Positions 19,652 through 29,193 are shown, counted from the first letter of the stretch. The stretch: 64,000 bases of DNA from Leptolyngbyales cyanobacterium (GCA_038227635.1 JBBRPT010000006.1:1-64000); one strand, 5' to 3'. Numbers and translations are program-made. Notes: generated by a model from the sequence alone, not told the origin.

Positions 19652-21127
19652 TTACTCGCCTATCAACGCCCGGAAGCGATCGTCGTTGCGAATGCGATCG
19701 AAAGCCGAGTCGGTTTTCGCCATCTCCTGATAATCGGAATCAAGGGTGATGGCTTGTTGTAGGGTTTCGATGGCTAAATCAATCTCTTCCTGCAAACCGT
19801 AACAGTGGGCTTTGCCGTAGTGGGCACGTGCAGAGTCAGGCTGAATTTGCAACGCTCGATCATAGCTCTGAAGTGCTTCGTCATAGCGCCCCAGGTACGT
19901 CAGCACAAATCCTCTGTATACCCAGGCTGTGTGATAGTCCGGTTTGATCGCCACGGCTTTGTCACAGCTTTGGATCGCCTCCTCATAGCGCCCTAAGGCA
20001 GACAGCGCCAAGCCACGGCTGTTCCATGCTGCGTGATAGTCCGGTTTGATCTCCACGGCTCGGTTATAGCTTTGAACCGCCTCCTCATAGCGCCCTAAGG
20101 CAGACAGCGCACCGCCGCGTTTGTACCAGGCTGAGCGATCGTCCGGTTTGATGTCTAAGGCTTTGTCATAGCTTTGAACCGCCTCCTCCTTGCGTCCCAA
20201 GGCAGACAGTGCCAAGCCACGGTTGTACCAAGCTGCGTGATAATCCGATTTGATCTCCACGGCTTTGTCATAGCTTTGAACTGCCTCCTCCTTGCGTCCT
20301 AAGTCAGACAGCGCATTGCCGCGGTTGTGCCAAGCTGCGTAAAAGTCTGGTTTGAGGTCGAGTACCTTCTCCCAACTGGTAAGAGAATCTTCATAGTCCT
20401 GTTCGGCAGCGAACAGTAAGCCGAGTTTAAATAGGAGGTCACACTTACGGCTCTCAGAGCCAGAGTCCATCTCTTGCAACATTGCTCTGAGGGTGAGGAT
20501 TTTTTCTACCCGATCCTGGGGCATCAGTTTTAGGTATTGGTTATAACCGCCGTCTGCTAAAAAACGATCGGCTTCTTCGGCGACCTCCTTAGAGTCACGG
20601 GGAAAGCGGAACAAGCCAGAGCGCCAGTCTAGAAAATCTGCGGCTCGTTGAATAAAATAATCCACCACAAACGGAGGCACCAGAAACACAAACCGAGCCG
20701 GGAAGTCATTCCGCAGATGTTCTCGCTGCTGGTTCAGGTGGTTCAAAAGCTTAGGCACACCCTTCCAACTGTAGTTATAAATCTCTCCACTACTCCACCC
20801 GCTCAGGCGTTTCACGTCTTCATAGGCATAGAGAGAGGCTTCTAACCCATCTAACACCAGCACATCAAAGGGTTGCTGCTGCCAGATATCGGCAATCTGG
20901 TCATAGAGCGTGACGACTTCCCCCTCAAGGTGCAATTCCTGAATATACTGCTGCGGCAAATCGTGAGGTAAGCTTGCAGCGATCGCCTCCCCCTGGCTCT
21001 TAGAGCATTGGACAAAAAACAGCCCAAATCCCTGCTTGCGCTGCAACGCCCGCTGCAAGGCTTGATAGACCTCTTCCCCGGTCTCTGGGGGTAACTCATC
21101 GTCCCAGTCAAATGAGCTTGCTGTCAT
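19652..21127 (-). CDS. TPR-repeat protein with N-terminal degenerate NTPase-like domain
   Basis: 491 aa. About 7 tandem 34-aa TPRs occur (AWHNRGNALSDLGRKEEAVQSYDKAVEIKSDYH repeated with variation). In the N-terminal ~230 aa, GFGLFFVQCS sits where a P-loop would be, and a Walker-B-like FDVLVLDGLE is present. Confidence 0.8.
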   Translation of the reverse strand: MTASSFDWDDELPPETGEEVYQALQRALQRKQGFGLFFVQCSKSQGEAIAASLPHDLPQQYIQELHLEGEVVTLYDQIADIWQQQPFDVLVLDGLEASLYAYEDVKRLSGWSSGEIYNYSWKGVPKLLNHLNQQREHLRNDFPARFVFLVPPFVVDYFIQRAADFLDWRSGLFRFPRDSKEVAEEADRFLADGGYNQYLKLMPQDRVEKILTLRAMLQEMDSGSESRKCDLLFKLGLLFAAEQDYEDSLTSWEKVLDLKPDFYAAWHNRGNALSDLGRKEEAVQSYDKAVEIKSDYHAAWYNRGLALSALGRKEEAVQSYDKALDIKPDDRSAWYKRGGALSALGRYEEAVQSYNRAVEIKPDYHAAWNSRGLALSALGRYEEAIQSCDKAVAIKPDYHTAWVYRGFVLTYLGRYDEALQSYDRALQIQPDSARAHYGKAHCYGLQEEIDLAIETLQQAITLDSDYQEMAKTDSAFDRIRNDDRFRALIGE

Positions 21128-22446
21128 GGCTTCAGTTTAGCGAGTTCATCCTGAAACCGTTGAATTTTGTAGATCAAAGGATGCACATCATACCAGATGC
21201 GAATCTCTCCCTCGTGATCGAGACATCGATATTCTAGAATGCAGCGACGTTGCAGCAGACTGCGATGCTCATTGTCATTGGGAATTTCTCGGCGGCGGTG
21301 GCTAACCAGAGCGAGTCGCTCCCACTCCGGCTCCTCTACCGCCCGGTGATAGACCGCCCGCAGTTCCGTGATCGCCCGTTGCACCGATTTTGCTGAGATG
21401 GGGAATTGATCCGTCCGGTTGATTGAGTCTTGCATCATCTGCATCAACTCCCGAATGTGACCTCCACAGGCAATGCACAGCCGCTCTAGCGTTTCGCGAC
21501 TGTCAAACACCTGAGTCTCTAGATCCAAGTCTGAGGCATGGGGCTGCACCCGCAGTTGAATCGCTTCTCGCAATTTTTCCAGTCCTTGAGCGTAAGCGTC
21601 GCCGTTCTGCTGCTGCACCATCACCATTGGCAGCACCTGAGTAGTGCCATAGATCGTCTGCACCTCATTTGCCCAGCGAGAATAAACCAGCGCGATCGGC
21701 ACCGTGTAGATCATGTGGCAATCCAGCCCCTTTAATTGCTCACTGCGATCGAGAAAAATCTCCTCATGATTGCTGCGCCCATTGTCTCGGAAGTCGATCG
21801 GAATCCGATCCAGGTTATCGACAATCATCGCCAGCTTGGTTTTGCCGTTAGGGAGATGCTGACGGGCATCGGCAATAAACTCGTTTAGGGCAGTCAGCAG
21901 CGTAATGGTGTGCGGATTCACCTTCTCGCGAATCTTGGCGCGCTGAGTCGGTTCGGCACGAATGCTAGCCGTGAGCTTGGTAAACACCGACAGAGATGAC
22001 TCCACGCTGGCTTTTTCTAAAGAAACATCCATCAGCGCCAGCTCTTTGAGTTCCTGCCCTCGATCGCGCAGCCAGTTCTGAATAGGCGCGGCATTGGCAG
22101 ACCGAATATCTTTTAGAAAGCGCCGAGTACACGCCAGCAAGATATCAATATATTCCACGTTCTGCGGATCGATATCTTCCTCATCTGCCTCAAAATAGAC
22201 CACAAAGAAGCCGTTCTCTTCCAGGCTTTTTTGCAATCGCCGCAGTTCTGTAGACTTGCCACTGCCCCGATGCCCCGTATAAAGCTGATAGGTGCTCTGA
22301 TCTGAGTTGCGAATCCGTTTACCCACATCATCCACAATGTTTTCATCGCCCCGCACCTCTCGGCAATCGACATACTGCGGGTCGTCTGCTGGCAACGGGC
22401 GAGACGGGTCAAACGAGTTGTAGATTCTGGCTAAGCGATCGCTCAT
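21124..22446 (-). CDS. P-loop NTPase (AAA/STAND-like)
   Basis: 440 aa with Walker A (TGHRGSGKSTEL) and Walker B (LAMIVDNLDRI). It is ATGA-coupled to the downstream TPR gene (21124..21127). Confidence 0.8.
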   Translation of the reverse strand: MSDRLARIYNSFDPSRPLPADDPQYVDCREVRGDENIVDDVGKRIRNSDQSTYQLYTGHRGSGKSTELRRLQKSLEENGFFVVYFEADEEDIDPQNVEYIDILLACTRRFLKDIRSANAAPIQNWLRDRGQELKELALMDVSLEKASVESSLSVFTKLTASIRAEPTQRAKIREKVNPHTITLLTALNEFIADARQHLPNGKTKLAMIVDNLDRIPIDFRDNGRSNHEEIFLDRSEQLKGLDCHMIYTVPIALVYSRWANEVQTIYGTTQVLPMVMVQQQNGDAYAQGLEKLREAIQLRVQPHASDLDLETQVFDSRETLERLCIACGGHIRELMQMMQDSINRTDQFPISAKSVQRAITELRAVYHRAVEEPEWERLALVSHRRREIPNDNEHRSLLQRRCILEYRCLDHEGEIRIWYDVHPLIYKIQRFQDELAKLKP

Positions 22447-22626
22447 GGTGAATTCACGTCGGGTTGGAGTTTATTGTAAACCAACACAGAAGGGAAGCAT
22501 CCGTGCGATCGTCTCCTCAAATGGGCACTCTCAAGCCAACACTCAAACGATGTAACTGCCTACATTTCAGCGTAAGCAAACGAGTTGCAGTCACCCGAGG
22601 AACCTTCCCACAGGAACTTTCACCCC

Positions 22627-23103
22627 ATGTCATACCAAAACATCTCCGCCAAGCTCTCGCCCACCGATCTTGCAGACATCAAAGCTGCCCTGGCGACGAT
22701 CGAAGCCAAACTGCCCTTTCTGGTTAATCTCACCGTTGAAGAACGCCGCAAACTGTTCAAGATGGGCAACAAAAGCCTCTCCTTTGTCAGCAATAGCCTC
22801 ACGGCTGCCCAGTCTAACCCCGGCATTTTGCCAGCCAGTTTCGACCTAGCCGAATTCGATCGTGACTACCAGCTTGCTGCCTCCTTAACCGAGGTACACC
22901 TGAGACTGCAACAACTCACCGAAAAAGTAGACGACACCCTAGTCGCAGTCAGCAGCGAAGCCATGAACAGCAGCCTCACCGTCTATGAATATGTGAAGAC
23001 TGCTGCCAAAAAGACCCCCGGACTGAAGACGATCTCCGACCAGTTGGGCGAACGCTTCAAAACGCTCCGCCAAAAAGCCTCCAAAGAATCATCTGCCTCC
23101 TGA
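22627..23103 (+). CDS. hypothetical protein
   Basis: The ATG at 22627 gives MSYQNISAKLSPTDLADIKAALATIEAKLPFL. The protein looks helical and I recognised no motif. Confidence 0.6.
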   Translation: MSYQNISAKLSPTDLADIKAALATIEAKLPFLVNLTVEERRKLFKMGNKSLSFVSNSLTAAQSNPGILPASFDLAEFDRDYQLAASLTEVHLRLQQLTEKVDDTLVAVSSEAMNSSLTVYEYVKTAAKKTPGLKTISDQLGERFKTLRQKASKESSAS

Positions 23104-23283
23104 CTGCCATATTTCCTCGCTGACTAGCCAGCAGAACTCATCAGCGAGGTCTACATCTTCTCTCACGAGTCTTTGCATCTCATCGACGAGTCTTTGCGCC
23201 TCGCTCACGAGTCTTTGCATCTCACTCACGAGTTTTTGCACCTCATCGACGAGACTTTGTAACTCGCTCACGAGTCTTTGCAC
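23089..23283 (-). CDS. heptad-repeat (xQRLVSE)n coiled-coil protein, probably 5'-truncated
   Basis: The frame stays open upstream to 23402 with no ATG. The GTG at 23283 is the first canonical start. The product is almost entirely 7-aa repeats. Confidence 0.4.
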   Translation of the reverse strand: MQRLVSELQSLVDEVQKLVSEMQRLVSEAQRLVDEMQRLVREDVDLADEFCWLVSEEIWQSGGR

Positions 23284-23389
23284 TCCGCTTATTAGTCTGA
23301 GATTGTCTCCCGCGAGTCTCTGCGCTTCTTTTACAAGTCTTTTAGTTTCTCTTACGAGTCTTTGAATTTCTCCTACGAGTTTCTGTGAG
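23161..23389. repeat. 21-bp tandem repeat, about 11 units (CACGAGTCTTTGCATCTCACT-like)
   Basis: Read directly from the sequence. The units degrade towards the 23389 end. Period 21 corresponds to one heptad on the minus strand. Confidence 0.9.
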
Positions 23390-23404
23390 TGTCACGCGAT
23401 GTAA

Positions 23405-23457
23405 AACTTCAGAAAGGAGGACTTAAAGAATTCGCACATCGCGTTAGCTTGTTAGAC
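23405..23457. repeat. minimal (53-bp) member of the MITE family
   Basis: ACGCGATGTaaaacttcagaaaggaggacttaaagaattcGCACATCGCGTTA. The terminal inverted repeats match copies 1-3, but the interior is unrelated and short. Confidence 0.65.
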
Positions 23458-23584
23458 GGGAAGCCTCACGTCCATAACGGTCTTCCGTTTGGCGTGAGAT
23501 GAAAGGCGCGTTGATTGCGGTGCGATATCTGCCAATGTTTGACGAGAAAGGTTATCAGCACCGTAATCAACTATCTCTCAGAAC

Positions 23585-23995
23585 TCACGACGGAGAGTCT
23601 TGATCTTCAATGTATTTCTTCAGCGCCGATACGGTCACGCCTCCACACGATGCGATGAAATATGAACCGTTCCACAAAACATCTTTGTGATAGAACTCAT
23701 CAACTCTACTTTCAAATTCAGACCGTAGCCTACGACTGGTTACGGTTTTGACGTTATTAACTAACTTGCTGAGTTCTACCCCTGGATGGTACTGAAACAG
23801 CAGGTGAACATGGTTCTCTTCACCATTGAATTCAATCACCTTGCAATCCCATTTCTCTAGTAAATCCTCAAAGATTTCGTGCATCCGGTCTAACATCTCT
23901 TGGGTAAAAAGCTTTCTACGATCCTTTGTCGTCAGCACCAAATGAGCCTTTAAGTCAGATACAGAGCGACCCCTAGAAACAAAATCATTTTTCAT
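23585..23995 (-). CDS. tnpA: IS200/IS605 family Y1 (HUH) transposase TnpA
   Basis: Contains the HUH motif (NHVHLLF) and the catalytic Tyr region (WNGSYFIASCGG). Start at the internal ATG 23995 (MKNDFVSRG...). Confidence 0.85.
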   Translation of the reverse strand: MKNDFVSRGRSVSDLKAHLVLTTKDRRKLFTQEMLDRMHEIFEDLLEKWDCKVIEFNGEENHVHLLFQYHPGVELSKLVNNVKTVTSRRLRSEFESRVDEFYHKDVLWNGSYFIASCGGVTVSALKKYIEDQDSPS

Positions 23996-24054
23996 CTGAA
24001 ATCTTTCAATCACTTGGTGTATACTTAAACAGTAACACCAATTACACCGCTTCA

Positions 24055-25287
24055 ATGAAAACCGCTTACCAGTATCGCTTACGCCCGACTCCTAGCCAAA
24101 TTACCCAACTGGGTGAATAGTTGGAATTGCTGCGTAGACAATACAACTACCGATTGGGTGAGCGGTTCCGTTGGTCTGAGGAAAACCGTTGCGATATCAA
24201 CGCTTGCCCGTTAATCTGCTATCTAGCAGAGTTGAAAGACAATCCTGACTTCTATTCCCAGAAACGAGATTTGGTCAACTCCAAAGCGCTGTTTCCTGAG
24301 TACAAAGCGATTCACTCGCAAGTGCTTCAAGATTGCGTCGCGCGGGTTAAGAAGACGTTTGAGCGCTGGTTAAAAGGAGACTGCAACGGCAAGAGGTCAG
24401 GCAAGCCACGCTTTAAGGGGATGGGTCGATATCGCTCGTTCACGTTTCCGCAGGTAAAGCAGGATTGCATCTCAGGAAAGTTCATAAAGTTCCCTGTGAT
24501 TGGCAAAGTAACCCTGATTCAGCATCGTCCTTTGCCGGATGGCTTCAAAATCAAAACCGTGTCTATCACTCAAAAAGTGGATGGCTGGTATTTGGTGCTG
24601 AGTCTTGAGGATGTTTCTATCCCCGCTCTCAGTCCTGATCTTCCAACAATGGAAAATACCATCGGGATTGATATGGGCTTGAAGTTTTTTCTAGTGGACG
24701 ATTCAGGCAAAGAGGTTGTGATTCCTCAGTACTACCGCAAATCAGAGAAGCGACTAAAGCAGGTACAGAAATCACTCTCTCGCCAAAAGAAAGGCTCAAA
24801 CCGGCGCAAAAAAGCGGTGAAGCGAGTCGCTAAAGTTCATCTGAAAGCAGCCAATCAACGTAAAGACTTCCACTACAAAACGGTTCTAAAGCTCTTACAG
24901 CAAGGGAAGCACGTTGCTCATGAGAAGCTGAACATCAAAGGGCTTGCCAGAAAGAGGATGGCAAAATCGATCAATGATGCTGGATGGGGTCAATTCCTGA
25001 CAATTCTTGAGATCAAGGCTGAAAGAGCCGGATATCTTGCAATTCCAGTGAATCCAAACGGTACGAGTCAAAACTGTTCTGGTTGCGGGGTTAAAGTTCC
25101 TAAAGAGATTCAAGATCGATGGCATTCTTGCCCGTCTTGTGGCTGTAAACTTGACCGCGACCACAATGCAGCCATCAATATCAAACACAGAGCGGTAGGG
25201 CATTCCGTTCTTAAAGCTCAGGTAACGTCCGATGCAATAGCAGGAGTCACTGAGAAGCCTACGCTGTACTGTACTCAGTCAGCGTAG
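24055..25287 (+). pseudogene. tnpB: tnpB (IS605 OrfB / RNA-guided nuclease family) with in-frame TAG at codon 22
   Basis: The ATG at 24055 gives MKTAYQYRLRPTPSQITQLGE*LELLRRQYNYRL. The conserved position is normally Trp (TGG) but reads TAG at 24118..24120. The rest is intact, including the RuvC-like region and the zinc finger CSGCG...CPSCGCKLDRDHNAAINI. Confidence 0.75.
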
Positions 25288-25343
25288 GAGTATGTCACGA
25301 TAGTAGTTATAGGAGCCTTCTATCTCTACACAAGGCTAAACTC

Positions 25344-27341
25344 ATGAAAAAACCGATCAGGCTTCGTCAGCTTTTGCCCATGATTCTCTCTTTGCTAGCA
25401 GTTGCAACCACAGCTAGAGCGATCGCTGCAAGTCCTGCTTCAACGACTTCTCAATCGCCCGACCAGTCAGTGCAAGTACAAGATGTGCAGTTGATGCAGA
25501 TTCCAGGACTAAGTTTTCCAGTCTGGATTTATCCAGTGGGCGGTGTAATTCTGCTGCTGATCTTTTTACCAAAAATCGGCTGGATTGCCGGACTGATTGT
25601 GATTGGTGAGCGAGAAGTGGGTGTTGTGACCAAAAAATTCTCATCGAAAAGTCTGCCGCCTAATCGACTGATTGCTACCAATGGTGAAGCCGGACTACAA
25701 GCCGATACTCTGCCTCCTGGCTGGCACTTTGGTTATTTTCCCTGGCAATATAATGTCAGCCATACGTCTGTGATTACGATTCCTCAAGGCGAGATTGGGC
25801 TATTAGTGGCAAACGATGGCGCAACCACCCCGCCCGATCGCATTCTGGGCAGAGTCGTAGACTGCGACAACTACCAGGATGCCCGCAAGTTCTTCGCTAA
25901 TGGAGGTGAGAAAGGACGACAGCTTGCCATTTTGACATCGGGAACCTACCGGATCAACACGGCTTTATTTGAAGTGATCACGGCAGCGAATGCAGCCCAA
26001 CATGAGATGCAGCCCAACCAACTGCGTATCTATACGATCGCGCCAGACAGCGTGGGTGTGGTGACTGCGCTGGATGGTGCTCCGATCGATGCAGGTGAGA
26101 TTGCCGGACCGATTATCGCTGACCACGACAACTTTCAGAGAGCCGATCGCTTTGTGCAAGACGGAGGACGACGTGGGCTGCAAGAGCAAGTCATGCTGTC
26201 TGGTTCGTGGAATTTGAATCCGTGGTTTGTGCAGACTGAACAGGTGCCGATGACTCAGGTGCCGATCGGCTATGTCGGGGTCGTGATTTCATTTGTGGGA
26301 AAGTCGCATCAAGATGTCAGCGGCGATGCCTTTACCCACGGCAATTTGGTGAACAAAGGCGATAAGGGGGTGTGGGTTGAGCCACTCTATCCGGGTAAGC
26401 ATCCGCTCAACACCCAGATTATGAAGGTGGAACCCGTGCCGACCACCAACATTGTTTTGAACTTCACCAGCCGCTTTAGTGGAGAACACGGCTACGATTC
26501 TAAACTGATTGCGCTGAAGCTGCTGTCGTTTGACGGCTTTGAGTTTGAGCTAGAGGTGTTTCAGATTATTCATGTCGGTGCAGCCGATGCGCCTAAAGTC
26601 ATCTCGCGGTTAGGTTCTATGCAAAACTTGGTCGATCATGTGCTGCGTCCGATCGTGGGCAACTACTTCCGCAACTCTGCACAAGAATATACGATTCTAG
26701 ACTTCCTCACTGCTCGGAGTGAACGGCAAGCCGAAGCCGCAGAATATGTGCGGCAGGCACTCCGCGCTTATGATGTGCAAGCGGTAGATACGCTGATCGG
26801 ACTGATTACGCCGCCCCCCGAACTGATGCAAACCCTCACTGATCGTAAGATTGCCGAGGAGCAACAAAAAACCTATGATGTGCAGCGCGTCGCTCAAACT
26901 CAACGGCAAGAATTGGTGCGAGAAACAGCGTTGGCAAACATTCAAGACCAGATCATCACCGCTCAAGAAGGCGTAACGATCGCTCAACTGCAAGCGTCTG
27001 CGGCAGTCAAACAGGCGAACGGAGAAGCCGAAGCGATTCGCGTCACGGGGCAAGCCAAAGCCGATGCTTATCAGGCGGGGGTGAGTTCTCTAGGGGCACA
27101 GGCTTACACAGCACTGCAACTGATGCAGGTGATTGGCGATCGCAATGTGCGGGTGGTTCCTGATGTCTCGGTGAGCGGCAGCAACAGTTCTGGCTTGTTG
27201 GATGGTTTGATGAGTATGATGCTGTGGAATCAATCGAGTGGTAACTCCATGACGACGATTCCCACTAGCAACGGCAAAGTAGAGTTGGGCGATCCAGTGA
27301 CGGCGATCGTACCTCCGTCAGAGCATGACTCCAGTCTCTGA
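25344..27341 (+). CDS. SPFH/band-7 (flotillin/YqiK-like) membrane protein
   Basis: 665 aa with a signal/TM region and the SPFH start (IGEREVGVVTKKF). YqiK-like segments are present (FFANGGEKGRQLAILTSGTYRINTALFEV). The C-terminus is a long A/Q/E-rich coiled coil. Confidence 0.75.
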   Translation: MKKPIRLRQLLPMILSLLAVATTARAIAASPASTTSQSPDQSVQVQDVQLMQIPGLSFPVWIYPVGGVILLLIFLPKIGWIAGLIVIGEREVGVVTKKFSSKSLPPNRLIATNGEAGLQADTLPPGWHFGYFPWQYNVSHTSVITIPQGEIGLLVANDGATTPPDRILGRVVDCDNYQDARKFFANGGEKGRQLAILTSGTYRINTALFEVITAANAAQHEMQPNQLRIYTIAPDSVGVVTALDGAPIDAGEIAGPIIADHDNFQRADRFVQDGGRRGLQEQVMLSGSWNLNPWFVQTEQVPMTQVPIGYVGVVISFVGKSHQDVSGDAFTHGNLVNKGDKGVWVEPLYPGKHPLNTQIMKVEPVPTTNIVLNFTSRFSGEHGYDSKLIALKLLSFDGFEFELEVFQIIHVGAADAPKVISRLGSMQNLVDHVLRPIVGNYFRNSAQEYTILDFLTARSERQAEAAEYVRQALRAYDVQAVDTLIGLITPPPELMQTLTDRKIAEEQQKTYDVQRVAQTQRQELVRETALANIQDQIITAQEGVTIAQLQASAAVKQANGEAEAIRVTGQAKADAYQAGVSSLGAQAYTALQLMQVIGDRNVRVVPDVSVSGSNSSGLLDGLMSMMLWNQSSGNSMTTIPTSNGKVELGDPVTAIVPPSEHDSSL

Positions 27342-29193
27342 TTACTACTGCTTTAATCCCAGTTGTTCAGCGCCTAATCACCTGACACCAAACTGTCAGC
27401 AGTGTGGGGCGCTGCTGCAACTGGAATGCTACTATGCCATCAAGCGATTGGGGCAGGGGAAATTTAGCCGCACCTTTTTGGCAATTCGCTCTACGGACTC
27501 TGAAGGAAACAAGTCAGCCGACACAACCCAGTATGTGATTCAACAATGCTGGGGCGATCGCGTCAATGCAACTTTGTTCGCCAAACTGCAAGAAATCGGA
27601 CAGCATCCCCAACTGCCGACGGTGGTAGATTACTTTGAGCACGATGGCATTCATTTTTTGATACAGAACTATATTGCTGGCGAAAGGTTAGATAGGACGA
27701 TCGCCAACAAAGGACAACTCACTCCAACGCAGGTATGGCAAGTTTTAGAATCTGTATTGCTGATTCTGCATTGGATTCATGCTCACGGGGTAATTCATCG
27801 CGACCTCAAACCCGAAAATATTATTTACGCCAAGTCGGAATTCAGATTGGTGGGTATTGCGATTTTCAGCGCTGATTCTCTACAATCCGCGATCGGCAGC
27901 GCCGAGTATGCCGCACCGGAACAACTCCGAGGCGAAGCGGTATTTGCTAGTGATCTCTATAGTTTGGGGGTTATCTGCATTCACCTGTTAACGGGTGTGC
28001 AGCCGTTTCACCTGTTTGACGCGACTGAAAATCGCTGGACGTGGCGCACCTACTGGCTACCCGATCAGACATCCCCTGAGAAGTATCCAGATCGCTTGGC
28101 TCAGATTCTCGATCGCTTAATCGACCCTAACCTCGATCGACGATTTGCATCGGCGGCGGCAGCGATCGCAGCGATCGAGCAGATTCGAGGCAAAAAAATC
28201 GCGATTTCGACCCCCGCACCCCTGATCACTTGGCAAAATACGGCGACGTTGATCGGGCACGAAGGACTGTTTGCCAGCGTCACAGGTGTTGCCATCTCGC
28301 CCGATCATCACTACATTGCCAGCGCCAGCGAAGATAAAACCGTGCGGTTGTGGAATCTGGACACAGGCAAACAAATTCTGGTGCTGCGAGGACATAGCCA
28401 ATTTGTGCAAGCCGTAGCATTTCATCCGCAGCAGTCAAATTGGTTAATCAGTGCAGGGCGCGATCGTCAGATCAAATTTTGGGATTGGACAACTCAGCAG
28501 CAACTCCGCACCCTTATAGGACACACCCAGCACATTCACGCGATCGCCTTCAGCCCTGATGGAACCTTAATTGCCAGTGGCAGTGCCGACAAGACTCTGA
28601 AGTTGTGGACTCTAGATGGTGAAATCATCTCTACTTTTCTAGGGCATCGCTTAGCCGTGAACGCGGTTGCATTCCACCCGATCGCGCCTCTCATCGCCAG
28701 CGCTAGTGCAGACACTACGATTCGTCTTTGGCATCTCGACGGTGAACTCGATTGCACATTGACAGGACATACTCAGGCAGTAAGAGCGATCACATTTAGC
28801 CCCACAGGTCAGCTTCTTGCCAGTGGCGGTGAAGACAAAACCATTCGCCTTTGGGATGTTGCCTCTGGTCAGTGTTGTCGCGTTTTACCAGGACATTCTT
28901 GGTCGATTTCTTCTCTAGTGTTTGCCACAGACCACACCTTGATCAGTGGGAGTTGGGACAAAACCCTCAAGGTGTGGCAGTTGAACACAGGCAAGGAAAT
29001 TGCGAGATTGGTGGGACACACTGATTCGATCTCTAGCTTGGCACTGCAACTCAGTGAACCGATGAACCACAGAGCGACCATCCACTCGCTAGAAAATGCC
29101 GTCTTGATAAGCGGGAGTCGAGATAAAACAATTAAACGCTGGCAGTTTTTTCAGGACGTGTCTTCAATTGAGCCAAACCACGAAAGTACCTAG
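27325..29193 (+). CDS. Ser/Thr protein kinase with N-terminal 4-Cys zinc ribbon and C-terminal WD40 propeller
   Basis: CFNPSCSAPN...CQQCGA is followed by GQGKFSRTFLA, HRDLKPENI and SAEYAAPE, then at least 7 WD repeats (GH..V..VAFSPDG..IASGS.DKT.KLW). It overlaps the SPFH gene by 17 nt. Confidence 0.9.
   Translation: MTPVSDYYCFNPSCSAPNHLTPNCQQCGALLQLECYYAIKRLGQGKFSRTFLAIRSTDSEGNKSADTTQYVIQQCWGDRVNATLFAKLQEIGQHPQLPTVVDYFEHDGIHFLIQNYIAGERLDRTIANKGQLTPTQVWQVLESVLLILHWIHAHGVIHRDLKPENIIYAKSEFRLVGIAIFSADSLQSAIGSAEYAAPEQLRGEAVFASDLYSLGVICIHLLTGVQPFHLFDATENRWTWRTYWLPDQTSPEKYPDRLAQILDRLIDPNLDRRFASAAAAIAAIEQIRGKKIAISTPAPLITWQNTATLIGHEGLFASVTGVAISPDHHYIASASEDKTVRLWNLDTGKQILVLRGHSQFVQAVAFHPQQSNWLISAGRDRQIKFWDWTTQQQLRTLIGHTQHIHAIAFSPDGTLIASGSADKTLKLWTLDGEIISTFLGHRLAVNAVAFHPIAPLIASASADTTIRLWHLDGELDCTLTGHTQAVRAITFSPTGQLLASGGEDKTIRLWDVASGQCCRVLPGHSWSISSLVFATDHTLISGSWDKTLKVWQLNTGKEIARLVGHTDSISSLALQLSEPMNHRATIHSLENAVLISGSRDKTIKRWQFFQDVSSIEPNHEST

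Larger units (their letters stand above)
23460..25335. mobile_element. IS200/IS605-family element (divergent tnpA / tnpB); boundaries approximate
   Basis: A Y1 transposase gene and a tnpB gene are arranged head to head. Subterminal hairpins lie at ~23475..23510 (CTCACG...CGTGAG) and ~25265..25290 (TACTC...GAGTA). The exact ends cannot be set without other copies. Confidence 0.65.

Noticed and set aside
23161-23389. Tandem repeat considered as a CRISPR array or satellite
   Set aside because: The 21-bp units are contiguous with no spacers, and they maintain an open reading frame encoding heptads. This is a coding tandem repeat.
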